NCBI GenBank assembly: GCA_026770705.1
Contig: JANJGN010000034.1
Location: forward strand, 2,914,001 to 2,978,000
DNA length: 64,000 bases
Direction: 5' to 3'
From: Isurus oxyrinchus
Lineage: Eukaryota
The notes beneath the pieces were generated by a model. That model saw nothing but the letters and a program-made list of their open reading frames with translations. It did no database searches and was not told where the DNA came from. Both the position numbers and the translations under genes were made by a program. Positions 27,201 to 42,200 of the stretch are shown piece by piece; the first letter of the stretch is position 1, and every line of letters begins with the position of its first letter.

Positions 27201-30200
27201 CCGAACGGATTCCGTAGGGATCGTTGCCGTGGGACACCGTAACCCACTCTTCCATCACCTCCTACACCTCAACGCCTTCCCACAGCACCTTCCCATTCAA
27301 CCGCAGAAGGTTTTATGCCTGCCCCTTTGCTTCCACCCTCCTAATTGTCCAACGGCCCAAATACTTCTTTCAAGTGAAGCAGCATCTTGCTTGCACTTTC
27401 CTCAATTTAGTCTACTGCATTCGTTGCTCCCAATGTGGTCTCCTCTACATTGGAGAGACCAATTGCAGACTGAGTGATCACTTTGTGGAACGCCTTTGGA
27501 CTGTTTGCAAGCTTGACACTGACCTCCCTGTCGCTTGCAATTTCAACACACCACCATGCTCTGAAACCCACATGCCCATCCTTGGGCTGCTACAATATTC
27601 CAGTGAAGCTCAAAGCAAACTGGAGGAAAAGAACCTCATCTTCCGACTAGACACTCTACAGCCTTCCGGCCTTAACATTGAGTTCAACAACTTCAGATCA
27701 TGAACTCTCTTCTCTATCCACACCCACTTTCCGATCCCACTTTTTCCAATAATTTTTAATTTTAAAATACATTTTTCTTTTCCTACCTATTTTTAAATCT
27801 ATAATTTTATCTCCACCTTTTAGCTCATTTCGATCCCTTCTCCCTACACCACCCGACTAGGGCCATCTGACACTTGTTTGTCCTGCTTTCTACCCTTAAT
27901 GTTACCATTGGCACTTTCCTTAGATAATATTAGCACCATCAATCCTACTTTGTCCTTTTGTCTACGACATTGTTTACAATCTCCTCTTTGCCTCCATCTA
28001 TCCCAGGCCCTCTATCGTGCTCTACCTGTCTCACCTCCCTCTACCAGCTTATATTTCACCTGTTTTCTATATTCCTTTAGTTATGATGAAGGGTCATCCA
28101 GACTGGAAACGTTAACTTTGACCCTCTCCGCAGTTGCTGACAGATCTGCTGAGCTTTTGCAGCTATTTTTGTTTTGGTGCTGAAGGTCTCTTTGTTTCCC
28201 ATTACATTCTAAGATGATGAAATTACTTCCTGCTGCATTTTATCATTCTTCTTTGAAAAGGTAGCACTGTCCCTCGTTATATTTACTCGTGAAATGGTTA
28301 TCATTTCATCAACCTGACTAATCTCCTGACTTCTGCTACCTTAAATTCATAGCAACCCGCATCATTATATCTCCAGATCATCAAAGGACCAGCGTACCAC
28401 CACCAGCCCCCACGCAGCCGTCCACAAACCCCCAATAGGATGCTGTTTGAGATCCTGAGGAAGTCCTAAGAAAATGACTCCTTGTGAATTGCAAATGAGG
28501 AATTTCATAAAGATCATTCCCCAGTTCCCCCTGACCCTCATAAAAAGTTTCTGATTCTGAGTTGGAGACTTTGGACAGCTCCAGCTTACCTACTTGTATA
28601 TGTACCCAGGCTATGATAGACAAGAACGCCATAGCAGTTTTTCTCCTAGGTAAGCATGCAACTGAATGCATGCAACTCCCTTCTCGAGCCCCATCAACCC
28701 CTTGACCTATAGACTCATTGCCCTTATCCCTCAAAATCCTTCGATCTAACCAGGGACTCCTTAGAACTCCAGAATCTCGCTGACCATTTCTGATTAGCCC
28801 CAATCACACAACATCTCCTGACTAATTGACCCAATCTCAATAAGACTCTATTAGCACCCAAATCTGATAATACCTCCTAACCCGTCCTGACTGCCCCTGA
28901 CCCATCAACTAGCCTCTCATCCACCCTGTCAACCTCCAACCCCTCAGCCAGCTACCAGGCTATCTAGCTGCCAAATACTCATTTGCCATCCTCCCACTCA
29001 GCTTTCTACCCAGTTGCCACCATATGGTTCTACCAACCGACTCAGTCTCCACCATAATGACTGCCACTATGCCCTGAATACACTAGCCAGCTGCCAGAAC
29101 ACTCAGCTGTCATTCTACCCACCTATCACTCTACACCACTTCCACCTTACCAGCGTTCACATTGTGACATACAACTCAATGCCCAACTGCACTTCTGACA
29201 CCCAAGCAGCATCCACGTCACTCAACTACAACACTGCCCAAGCAGATTCCACCTTACCTATATGTCCCCAAATCCACATATCAACTTACCTCACCTACCT
29301 AACTACTTTCGCAGCTACAAATTCAGCCATTCACTCAACAATTCACTCACAGATTTAGTCACGCATTCATTCGTAAGCACACTAGGAAGCTTGGGGAGCT
29401 TTAAACACCAAGATACGGCAGGACAGTGGGTAAATTTCTGTCTGAAGAGAAGATTGCCTCTCTGATGTGAAGTTTTCGGTCAGCATTTCTAAGCTTCGTG
29501 CAATCTGGGGCCGTTGAAATGCTATTCATTGGGCACAAGTATGGATAATTGAAACATGTCAAATGTTGCAATGAACTAAAGTCCTGTTATGCTGTTTGAG
29601 AACTTCTATTTGCCGCTGTGTTGAATGAAAGCAAATACCCTTTTCCATTTAAAAGTATTGCCCCGGTAATGAGTGATTTGCAGAGAAAAGAAGACTAGGC
29701 ACTTGGTTGAAAACTTGTTTAACGTAATGAACGTGCACATTCTAGCAATAAACAAAATTCACATGTACAGAAAGAATGACAAAATACACAAACTAATTAT
29801 GCTCTGAATTGACCTGATTTTCTTGAGGAAGAAGTCATGAACACATATGAGCCACATGGACATTGAGAGCTTCTGAACACGGATGAAGAATAATTCCTAT
29901 AGATTTCCAAAAGTTAAGAATGCCAAGGAACGTGATAACAAAGTGAAGAATCACGACATGTGAGCTAAACATAAGCACTAAATAGCCTGTAATGGATCAG
30001 CGGAGGAAACAGTGACAATTCCTTGAGATCCTCGCACCTGTTCCACCATTCACTGAGATGGTGACTGATGCTCGACTTTACTCTATATACCCAATTTTGA
30101 ACAATATCACTTAAAGCCCTTGTTTAAAATAAAGCTACCAATCTGTTTTTAAAATAGCAATTGACCTAGAATCAATTACCAATTTTGAAAGGGAAGGCAA

Positions 30201-33200
30201 AACATTGAGCACAGTTTGAGTTTACAAATATTTTCAGAGTTAACTCCTGAAAGGTTTTGGTCTTAGTTTGCGATTATGCACCTGCGTTCTGGACTCGGCA
30301 CCATCAAAACAGACTGTGCTCCTTATTACCTTGTAAAATTCCTGCAACTTGCACTCTTAGTTTCTAAATTCCAGAGATTATTACCATAATTGGTGTCATC
30401 GCTCTCCCAATTTAAAACTGGAATCTCGGTGTCAGGGAAGTAAATAAACCCTGCACTCGCTCCAATACCAACCCATCACTCCTTATTTTACTGATAACCA
30501 GAATGAATCACTTTGCTCCAGTTGTTGTCCAGGCTTTTCATTCAGAACCATGGCTTCTACTCATTTTAGTATTTAAGTCCTCTAGATTTATAAATACCAC
30601 AATTATAACAGTGTTTTGGGTTCTATTCTCTAACTTTCCATGTGATTTTAATGATCTCTGTACGTAGATTCCCAAGTCTCTTTGGACCTCTGCCTTCTAT
30701 AAATCTGAAATCCACTGTCAGGTTTGATGGGCGTGACAACGACCAGCATCCCATTCAATCTTCTGACAAAGGTAACATTCATTTCCAGTTTCATTTGGAA
30801 AAAACACTGAATTATCTTCCCCATTCCTCACCTTTGATTTTTTCGCTGAACTTTGTTTCTAGGGAAACATAAGTTAGAATAACTAGCAAAAGGAATAAAG
30901 CTAAAAATGCATAGAAAGATCAGGCCTCCAGCTCAAGGAAAATATACTGTTTTTTCACCGAATGTCAATGAGCCAGCTCCTTCCTATGATAATAGGCAGT
31001 GAATGCACAGTAGCTCATGCTAATACAATGACATAAACCTACAGCACAATAAAATCAACGTATTCCTCCTTCCCTTGCATATCCCCTCTACCCCCTGCCT
31101 TATTGGTCAACGATATTTGCAATTACCCATTGAAAGTCTGGAGTGATTCTAATTCCACTACTAGTGGTAGCTGAACCCAATTACGCCCATCATTAAGTTT
31201 ACATTCACAGATAACTTTGAGAATCTCTATTTAATGATGAAACGTTTAAATGCATGTGAACGCAGATTCTATTTCCAACAATCCAATAATAATGCTCCAC
31301 GTCAGTGCCATTCCCAACCAGACTAATGTTTCCACATCATTTAAAAAAAAAATAATTCTTTTCCAAGACATGATCTTCTCAAGCATGGGCTGCATTTTTG
31401 ACCCTGTCATGTTGCCACAGGAGATGGGTATGGATCTTCCTCTTGAACCCTGCAGTGATTTTAATTATTGGATTGATAGAATTTATATATCAACGATGAA
31501 AGTATTGCTATAAAATAGAATGCGTTGGGGTGGCGGGGTGGGGGGGGGTGGGGAGGTGGTGTGGGTGGTGGTGTGGGTGGGGCGGGGTGAGGCGGGCGTG
31601 GCTTTGGATGTACTTGCGTTTCCATGCCCCCATGCCATCTTGTTGTTATAACCACTACACAGCAAGGGACTGATAAGGGGCTATAGTATAGACTTTGGGG
31701 AGTTACAGCATTGCATCCTTTACTTACTAAACATGGCAGTTACCATGTGCCAATGTTCGATTTTTACGGCATTTTGCGAACTGTTAATTTAGCGTAGATT
31801 CCATTGAACGTCTTGAGGTCTGGTGCAGCTGTACCCATCCACACAACATCAGTGTATTCCATGAACTTCATTACTTGTAACTTACAGGTCGTGCTTTCGG
31901 AGAAAGGAAGTGAGGCACTTGCAAAAATGGCTCCTTCTGTATCCTGTATATTAAGCACTGCATATTTCTGATCAAATTGATTTTCTGGTCAAATTCAACA
32001 TGTAATTGTGATAGTGAGTAGTATGTTGGCAATGCCTTTCGATGTCTTGCATATGTTCTCTCTTGATGGTGATTTCCCAGTGCACTCTGAATATTATTGG
32101 CTCCTTCTAAATATTATTCTGGATGATAAAGAAAAATAAGTCACAGCGACATTTTCTGGAATTATTCCAGCAACAGTACAAAGGGAACTTGCATGAAAGG
32201 AATAACCCTAGAAATATCAGCATATAATTGATTTGATAGCTTATATTCAAAGGAAAGTTAAGCCAAGGCAATACTCACCAAGATCAGCAATATCGCTTTT
32301 CGCTTTTTCTAGTACTGTAGGAAAATAATAATTCAACCCAGGATGAATTTAGCTTTGGGGTTAGGCGATTTTGCGTTAGAGTGAACATGCACAAATCATT
32401 TCTTGAGCTCTTTAGTCTTTCACAGATCGGGAAAATGACTCAATGAATAGCATCCATTGACCATCTCAAATTCCAATAGAGGTTGTGTCGTTGAGTCTTA
32501 TTCCTGAACAGGCATGGTAACTGTAGTGTACAATTGAGTGGATTGGTGGGCCAGATGCAACCATTTTATTTGGGTCCGGTGACAAGTACAGATGGGCCGG
32601 GTTTACTGGCAGATTCCATTTTAAAAAGAAATTACTGAATGCAGGCTCTGTCTTTCGAAGCCCTAATTGCTACTAGATTATTCTAGATTTATTGAAATGA
32701 TTGCATTTAATTTATCCGGCTACCGTTGTGGGAATTCAATTCGAGTACTCAGGACCGTTAGTTAATCTCTCTGGAGTCTGGGCGCAATAACATGACGACT
32801 CTCTGTGATCCAAGCCTTGCAAAACGTTTATTTCCCCGAAGGTCAGTGAGTGCACGAGTTTATTTTAGATGTTGATGCTAATGTATAAATGGACGATATT
32901 GCCTTAATGGTTCACTATCCAGCTCTTCCGTTTTCCCTAATCTCTTGGCATCAATACGTGTAGCAATTAGAAGAGACGCATAACAGATTTTCAAATTGCC
33001 ATCAACTGCTTTACGCTTCACCCACTCAACAAATTTGCCATTTTACAGCAAAATCACCGATGAAGGAATCTGGAACAGGAAAAGTGGGGCAGAATTCTCC
33101 TTGGGTGGCTGCGTATAATGGGACAAAAGAATGAACTGATCAATATCAATCATGCTTTCGAAGTACAGTTTCTGAAGACTTCAAAAGTGTGTAATTTAAA

Positions 33201-36200
33201 ATAGTTCATTTACAGAACCTTACTGCTGCACTGTTTTCCCCAAATTATTGTTCTGATATGAGTGTAAAGTTCAAGGGCAAATACTAATTCTCCTTTTTAG
33301 CGGAACAGAGACACTCACCAGCTTGTTCAAAGTACCATAGGTGCTTTAATTATTAGAGGGGATCTTCTGCTCCCTCGGACGCATTCTGCCATTCACTTAG
33401 AACATGCATGAATACCACCATTACATGGTTGACTCGCCTTTGCTTCCTGATCTTCGATTCACTTATGCAACACATATCTGTAGATGTCAATATTCGTGAA
33501 GAAAGCTTACGATGGAAGAAAAGCTAAATCATCTTTACTCCAACAGAGAAGTGAGTGGTCTACCGGTCCAGTGAGAGAGAGAGCCGGATACAAATTTATC
33601 AGTGAGAGCTCCAGACTCTCCACAATAAGTGTTCCCAATTCTCTCCCAGAAGTGCTGCTATCCACATAATTGTTCATAGGATTCTATGCAATGTCATCAC
33701 AAAAATACACCACACATTTTAAAGTGATTGAATGACTTGTATTTGTCCCGCCCCTTTGACAATCTTAGGGCATTTCGAGTCAATAAAATCATCGTGAAGT
33801 AAGGAACACCTGGCTTTCTGACTCATTAACAGATTGACATTCCAAACATAGAGAGATAAAAAGAATATCGAATTTCTATGCAATGATCATTTTGTAATTG
33901 TCAAGATGGAGAAAACCTACCACGTATGTTAGAACGTCATTTAGGCTGAACCATATTCATGACCTCACCTTTTCCTTTGTGGTACACGTTTTGTTCTAAT
34001 TACAACATGAATTACAAAACAATATTAAGATAAAACACATTTTTGCAGTTACTGATATCACCATCTTTTTGAATGCATTTGTATTTTTACCAGTAGTATT
34101 TCACGCTGTGTTATTTTATAAAATTAAATGTTTGAAGATCCTAATCATAATCAATATTTGGTCGCAATACATCAGGAAGGGATGCATGGCCAGGAGACTA
34201 TGCCTGAGTGAGGCAGAGGTCGAACGAGGAAACCATTAGTTTTATGTGATAACCCCTGGTCAGTCGTTTTCAGGCTTAAATATGGATTAAGAATCAATAT
34301 CTGTCATAGAGCTAAGAAACTTTCAAATAATGTAGGTTACTTTGTTAACTAGTTACTGACTGGTAGTGGCGGTTGTCTGTCAATCAGCTGAAATTATTTG
34401 GTGCCATTGGTCGCAATTACTATTACAGGAAGCAAAAATAGCTTGTGACTCATCAAACTGCCTATATAAGAGTCAGACCTTTCAAACCACATCGTCAGTA
34501 TGGGCACGTGGTCAGGAGGCTATGCGTGAGTGAGATGGAGGCCGAGTGAAAATCAAATTACGTTCACCTGGGATTTCGGTGCACGGAGGGAAGAGGTGCT
34601 TTAAATTAGGTCTGTTGCATCCCTTGAAGTGTGTTAAATATCAGTCAGATTTATAAGTACTAGAAAGGTCTATAAACAGTTGTAATGTTTGTTAAGTTAA
34701 AGCCAAATAAAGTTAAGATAATTAAACCAAAGTGAAAGAACATCTGCATAAGTGAATGAAATTCAAGACGTGGCAGGGCAGTTTGGTCATGTCAAATGCA
34801 CGTCCTGTAGTCTGTGGGACGTCGTAGCCACTGCCGGGAATTTAGAGGAAAACATATGCAGGAAGTATCAACAGCTGCAGAGACCTTAATTCTGGGTTCC
34901 TGAGATCAAGCTGTGGCTGGGGTCACTGTGGCACATTGGCGAGAGTCAGTGCTACATGGACAATAGGTTCAGAGAAATGGTCACGTGACAGTATAGGAAT
35001 ATTGAGGCAAAAATCGAATAAGTGACCACCAGGCAGTCGAAGAGAACCAGGTAGGTAGTGCAACAGTCTACAAAGGGCCTCACTCGCTAATTGGCTTTCC
35101 GTTTTGTATGCTGTTGAGGGCGTTGGTGCCTGGGAGGTTTGTATCCAGAAGCAAGTTCATGGCACCACTGGGTGTTCAGCTGGACAGGAGGAGAGGAAGA
35201 CGAGGGGAAGAGTAGTATTATTAGGAGACTCGTTAGTTAGAGGAACAGAGGTTTCTGAAGCCGTGGATGCGACTCCAAGATGATATGATGCTTTCCTGAT
35301 TCCAGGGTGAATGCTGTCCAGAGCAGCTGCTGACATTCTTCCGTGGCAGGGGGAACACACAGAAGCCGTGGTTCACATCGCTACCGATGACTTAGGGAGG
35401 AAGCGGGATGACGTCCTGAAAGCAGATTTCTGGGAGTTCTGGAGAAGATTGAAAAGCAAAACCTTTAAATGAGTATTCTATGGATTTCTTTCAATCCCAC
35501 ATGCTGATGAGTATAGCAATGGGTGAACTTACAATTGAACATGTGACTGGAGAACTGCTGTAGAAGGGAGGTTATCTGGTTTCTGAGGACTGTTTCTGGG
35601 GCACGTGGGACCTGAACAAGAATGATGAGCTTCCTGTTAGTAGGACAGAGACTAACATCATCAAAGCCTGATTCGCTAGTGCTATTGTGGAGGGTTTAAA
35701 TTAATTTGGCAGGTGGTTAGGCACCTGAGAGGGAGCTCAGATTAGAGGGAAGCAAGCTGCTGTATGGACCTATTAAAGTAGAGAGCATAAATAGAAGACA
35801 GACAAAGCACAGACAAGCATGAACTAGGATCAAAATAGACAATAGTTATTAAAAGCTGTATTATAGGTAGTTTATCTGAATGCACGTGGAATTCGTACAA
35901 AAAAGGTGAATACACAAATTGAGATGAATGGGGATGATTTAACTGCCATTTTATATCCAAGCATATTCAGCATTAAAGAGGGATGTGCAAATTGGAAAAT
36001 GGGGACGTGGCATAGCACTCTTAAGAAGGAAGGAGCTCAGAATATTAGAAAGAGGGGATCTTAAGTCGAAGGGTCAGGATCTGGAATCGATTTGGGTGGA
36101 GCTAAGAAACAGCACCAGGCAGCAAACACTGGTGGGCGCTATTTATGGGCCAACAAACTGCATTGCTAATAGAGAGCACGGTATAAGTAAGGAAATTAGA

Positions 36201-39200
36201 GATGGATGTAACGTGGGTGCTACATTAATTTTGGGCAACTTCAATTTACACATAACCTGGGTTAATCAAATCAGCACTAATGTTGTGCAGGAGGGATTCC
36301 TGGAATGTGTCCGACTTGGGTTTCTGGAGCAGTTATTGAGGAGACAACTGGGCATCGAGCTATATTATATTTATGTAATGAGAAAGGGCGAATTAATAAT
36401 CTTGCTGCAAAGGAGACTTTGGGAGATTGTAGTTATAATGTACTATACATTTGCATTAAGCATGAATGTGTTTTAGGTCATTCCGAAACTAGGCTCTTAA
36501 ACCTGAAGAAAGGAAATTGGTACGAGGGGAAAGTTGCCTGCGGCAGGTTAGGAAAAAAACACAAAAATACTTGCAGGTAGACAGGTAATGGCTAGTATTT
36601 AAAGACATAATACATGGACTACAAAATATATACATTCCTCTTAGGCATGAACACCCTCAGGGAAAGGAAAACCTACCACAGTTAATGAAATAACGTAAAT
36701 ATTGCGTTAAATCAAAAGGAGTGGCTTATAGGGATGAGAGAAAAGGGGGCAAACCTGATGATTGAGAGCAGGTTAGAACCCAACAAAGGAAGACGAAGAA
36801 ACAGATTATCAAAGGAAAGATGAAATATGAGTTCAATCCATCCGTTAACATAATGCCAGACTGCTAAAGCTTCTTTAGATAGGTGAAAAGGAAAAGATTA
36901 GCTCGGATAAATTTGGGCCCATTACAGGTGGGGACAAGATAATTCATAGCGGATGACAGGGAAATTATGGAAAAACTAAGATTTACTTTTCATCTATCTT
37001 CACGACAGAAGATCCAGAAAAGCTTCCAGAAGCATGAGGCAACCAAGAGACTTGTGAAATTGAAGAACTTGGAACTAAGAAATTAATATAAGTACTGAGA
37101 TAGTACGTGAAAAGTTAACTGGATTGAAGTTTGATAAAGCCCCTTGACCAGATAAGCTTCATCCTACAATGTTGAAGGAGGTGTGTACAGAGATAATGCA
37201 TGCACTAGTGGTCATCTTTACAAATGCTATAGATTCTGGAAAGTTTACTGTGAACTAAGACGTAGCAAATCTTATCCTACTATTTAAGGAGGAAGGAAGA
37301 GATAGAGAGGGGCGAACTACAGACCTCATTGTTTTACATCAATAGGAGATACAATGTTAGTTTGTATTATAAAGGATGTGGTAAGTGGACATTTCAGAAA
37401 CAATGGCAAAATTGCGTAGAATCATTATGCAATTGTAAAAGAGAAATCATGTTTGATAAAATTCTTTCAGTTTTGTTTTGAGAATATTGCTTGTAGCATT
37501 GATAAATGTAAACAAGTGGATATGGTGCATTTGAAATTTCAAAAGCTGTTGATAAGTTCCCGCTTAGAGATTAGAAAATAAAGTCAGAGCACATGGGGCT
37601 GGAGGAGAAATATTAGTACGGATTGATAATTGGCTAACAGAAAGAAAGCAGCTAGCAGGGATAAATGGATAATTTTCAGGATGGTAGACTGTTACTAGGG
37701 ATAATAAAAACATCAGCTCTATCAGCGATTGTCCACAATCTATACAAATGACTTGGAATTAGACTCAATTGTAACATTTCCAATTTTGCTAATGACACCA
37801 AATTCAATGGGGACATATGTTGCGAAGAGGATGCAGTGAGACTTCAGCAGGACTTCGGCAGGCTAAGTGAATGAGTTGGAACATGACACATGGAATTTAA
37901 TGTGAATAAGTGTGAATTTGTTCTTTAGGCAGAGAAAAAGAAACGCAGACTGAAGGAAATAAAGAAGAAATTCAAAATACCAGTTCGACATTATGCAGAT
38001 GTAACGGCGAGAGAGCCGAAACAAAGAGATTCCAAGAATAGGAAGTTAAGGAACCAGAAGGCAGCGTCACAAGATAATTAGGAAAAATAATCAGTGACAA
38101 TGAAGAGATATGTTCGGATTGCTATGATCCTCAATATGCTTCGTGAAATATTGTTGACATACGTTCAACAGTGATTTCCTAAGATAATTTGTTCTAGGGA
38201 GGAAACAGTTGCTGGTCTGTTTGGAACAGACAGAGGGAAGTGTTGATTATTGGATATTCCAAAGGCTCTGGTGACGGTCACAATGAACTGCATTGGTGCT
38301 ACATGATTCTGCTGGCAATTCTTCCCAAAACAATGCACCAGAAATATATCACGGAAACAGACAGTGACCAAGTTAGTTACCAATGTTCAAAAAGGACAAT
38401 TAACTCAAAATTTCTCACTCACCACAATCCAGGAGGTTATTTCGATTTTTTTCTATTTCTTTAGTGATGAGGTGGCAAAAAACACATTAATTTAAAATGT
38501 TAAGTCGGGGAAACCAGGCCTCAGTTCAGTCAAAGCAACTAAGCAGTGTGAGGTCGATGGCACGAAATGGGCAGTTTAACATTTAAAGTGAGGAAAGTTT
38601 GCAATATCGATCAGGAATCAGTTTTGTGAACTGGGAGGAACTGAATACTGAAGCAGCGTAAAAGGGTAGCGAGTAAACAAAAATGAAAATGCTTCCCGTG
38701 GTTGGTGGGCGATGGTAATTCTCGACCATTTATATTCCCAAGTCATTTGCGCAGGTTATTCTGATTCTATTTGATCTGAATTGGTATAAGCAGCAAAAGG
38801 TCGTGTCTACGTTAATTAACCTGAAATTTCATCAGCATGTTGCTAACATATTTAAGCACAAGGAAGATTGATCCGAGTGAAGTAAGAGTTCCTTTTTGAA
38901 ACCGTCTAATTGGCTTGACAAGTCCAATCCTCTCGTACCTCTTAACACTTCTGTGATTGCGGCACTCAGTTACAGACTATGACCTGTTCTTTCTTATATG
39001 ATTGGAACTCAAAGATAAAAGCAAAATAGTCCGGATGCTGGAATCCTGAAACAAAACCAGAAAATGCTGGAAAAACTCAGCATGCCTGGCAACATTTGTT
39101 GAGAGAGAAACAGAGTTCTCGTTCCAAGTCCGTATGCCTCTTCTTCAGAGACTGGGTTTTTCCAGCATTTTCTGTTTTTGTTTGAAACACATGCAGTTTT

Positions 39201-42200
39201 GTTCCCATTGTTCTTACGCAAATTAAAAGTTACATTAATCAATGAATGGTGGCAATTCATATTGGCTTTCAGTGCAGTGTTAAACATCGTTCTGATGAAA
39301 TTGATCAATTATTGTTGATGACATTCACGATTATTGGAAAAAAGTTGGGAATATTCCATCACACTCCTGACATGTGCCTTGTATGTGGTGGAAAGGCTTT
39401 GGGGTCTCAGCAGATGAGTTACCCGCCGCAGGATTCCTGGCCTCTGAACTAATTTAGTAGCCACATAATTTATACAAAGGCTAGTTACGTTCAGATTCTG
39501 GGCAATGCCATAGTTACCCAATAAAACGTAGTAGAATTAAAACAACATCTAACTTTTGGTTAGCGGTTGTACTGACCTCTCCTGACCCGCCACAGGACGT
39601 TGCATATCCACTCAAACCCCCACAGAACTCAGCGCAACGTGCTGGCCCCTGCCATGGGACCACACCTCATGCCTATGGCCCCCCACCATCAAGCCAGATA
39701 CCCCCACACTCGCCCACTGCACTTGGCTATCCCTCAGACACCCCACAGCACACCCCACAGAGCCCCTCATGGAACGACGCCAGCCCCGTCCTCAATCCAA
39801 AACAAAAATATATTTATCAGGTCCGACACCACACAAAATCCATTCCGAATTGATCTGTATCTTATCCCACCCAGGCTCGACCTGATTCAACTCGACCCCT
39901 CCCCGCACGCCGACATGAACCAACCTCACCCGCCACCATCAACACATTCCCCTCCACACACCCCCTCGCCCAGGCAGACCCGAACGGGCACGACACCCCC
40001 CGCTCTCCTCCCCAATACCCCCACACCCAGTATGGCTCAACTCATCCAGAAACGCCCTCCATACTGCCGACTTATCGCATGCATGTAACTTCTTCCTGGC
40101 TTGTCAAAGTGGCTGGTCCATTAAACCTACGTGACTTATGGCAGCCAGAGCCGCACAAAAAGGCCGGATGCCTTACTTCACTTCAATGGAGCAACCCTTT
40201 CCTGTAGCCCTGGGGAACCCGCTTTACTACAAAGAACTTGCCTAGCCTGAGTTGGAACATCCGTTGAGGTTGGAGTGGCTTCATTTTACCTATAAAACTA
40301 GGAGCTGAGTGGCAATCCAACTCACTGGTCATTACGGCCTGTATGACAACCATGACATTCCCCACCCTTTCTATGTTCCTCTCTAATTAATGAGAGTTTT
40401 TCTTTTGATTTGTTTTTAGCCTTGACGCAGATGCCAAGCCACCTGGCTGGATCCATTTTTGCTGCTGCAGGGAATGCTTTCCGCTTCCCGAATTATTGCC
40501 TGTCATCTAACTACAATATTGGTAAGGCTTGTAACAGAGTTATACGGATTCGAAATGGTAACTTCCAGAGAAGCTGTCAGACCTGCTGAGATTTTCCAGC
40601 AATATATATATTCATTTCGTATTTCCGGCATCTGCAGTATTTTGCCTTTATTGCAACATTTGTTCCTGTGTCTCAGCCAAATGAATATTTTAGTGTTGCC
40701 ATTAGAATTCTGGTCATTCCCAGCCTAAGGCTGCTTGCATCTTTTTTCTCACAAGTAGCAAATGCACTGGAAGAGCTGTTAATATTTGTTGATTGAGCTT
40801 GTACATGTTTTTTAAAGTTATTGTCTATACTGAAAATTGTTTGAGGAAACTGTTTGCTTCACCCAGGCCACATCAGAGGCAAGTTAAGAGTTAATCAGAT
40901 CGCTGTGGGTTTGGGGCGCGTAGTGCTCAGAGCAGATTAGGAAGAAAGTTTTGCAATATTTTTTTTCCCTTTGCCGTATCAGATAAATCCATCGATAAAA
41001 TTAATGATTCACAATGTTATTCCTTATTTGCTTAATAACCTGAAGTTAAATACCCAAGAAATGTGGTGGGATTTGTATTTCTTTCTCGTGATCTTAGCTA
41101 AAGCTTATAGATTAATAGTTCAGCAGCTTAACTCACCACCATTACTGCTAGGGAGATAAATGAGTTTACAATACTCATTTACTCATGCAATACACAATGC
41201 TCTCCCCGCTTCTAAGCCTCATTCTGACAAAGAAGTTACGCTTTACAGCACCTGTGCTTGATTTGGCACATGTCTGTGCTCGATTGAAAAAAAAAATCAC
41301 ACATTCTTCCATTAGGTGTGTGATGGAATGGCTTAGGGCAGAATTTTTTTTTGAAGAAGTGTCGCACCTAAATAGTTCAATCCAGACAGAGAGTAGACAG
41401 ATAGGCAAACAGAGAGTAGATGGATTGATGAATAGGCAGTTAGATAGATGGATAGATAGATAGACAGATAGATAGATAGATAGAGAGATTGATATATAGA
41501 TAGATAGATAGATAATTAAATAGAAAGAGAGAGAGATGGATAGAGAGATAGATCGATAGATAAATATACAGACAGATAGGTAGAAAGACAGACAGACAGA
41601 GAGCTAGATAGAGAGATAGACAGGTAGATAGACAGCTAAAACAAAAACAGAATTACCTGGAAAAACTCAGTAGGTCTGGCAGCATCGGCGGAGAAGAAAA
41701 GAGTTGACGTTTCGAGTCCTCATGACCCTTCGACAGACCCTTCGATAGACAGCTAATTCATTTGTCTGACACATGAGTCAGTGGAAGCTTGACAGGTAGT
41801 TAGGTATCATATTAGCCTTCTGATGTGAGCCACAGCCATTAGAGCTGATATCAGTTGGAGAGTACCCATTGCACAATGTCCTGTTTTGTGAAACCACGAA
41901 AGATGATTTTCTAGCAACTGAGAATGTAAACGAGATGCACATTTATTGGAAAAAAGAAGCACGAAGCACAACATCAACCCGTCTCTTAGCAAATGAAGCC
42001 TTACCTTTGTCCTTGTTGTTCAACCTTATGTCTAATAGCAATGCAGAACCGAGTAATTCAAAACTAGGCGGTAATATTAAGGAATAATCTTTTACCTTAC
42101 TGTTAAAATTCGGCATTCTTTTTATGTAAACATCGATTATGTGTCATGCATGCATGGCACGATAATGAGCAAGCAGCATCACTATGTGTGAAAAATAAAT

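Noticed and set aside
25942-27703. Long ORFs (132-199 aa) as host genes
   Set aside because: They are frameshifted pieces of a Penelope RT/GIY-YIG ORF.
39600-40088. 162-aa Pro/His/Thr-rich ORF
   Set aside because: C/A-rich low-complexity sequence depleted of stop codons; no splice or domain support. The same applies to 29014-29358.
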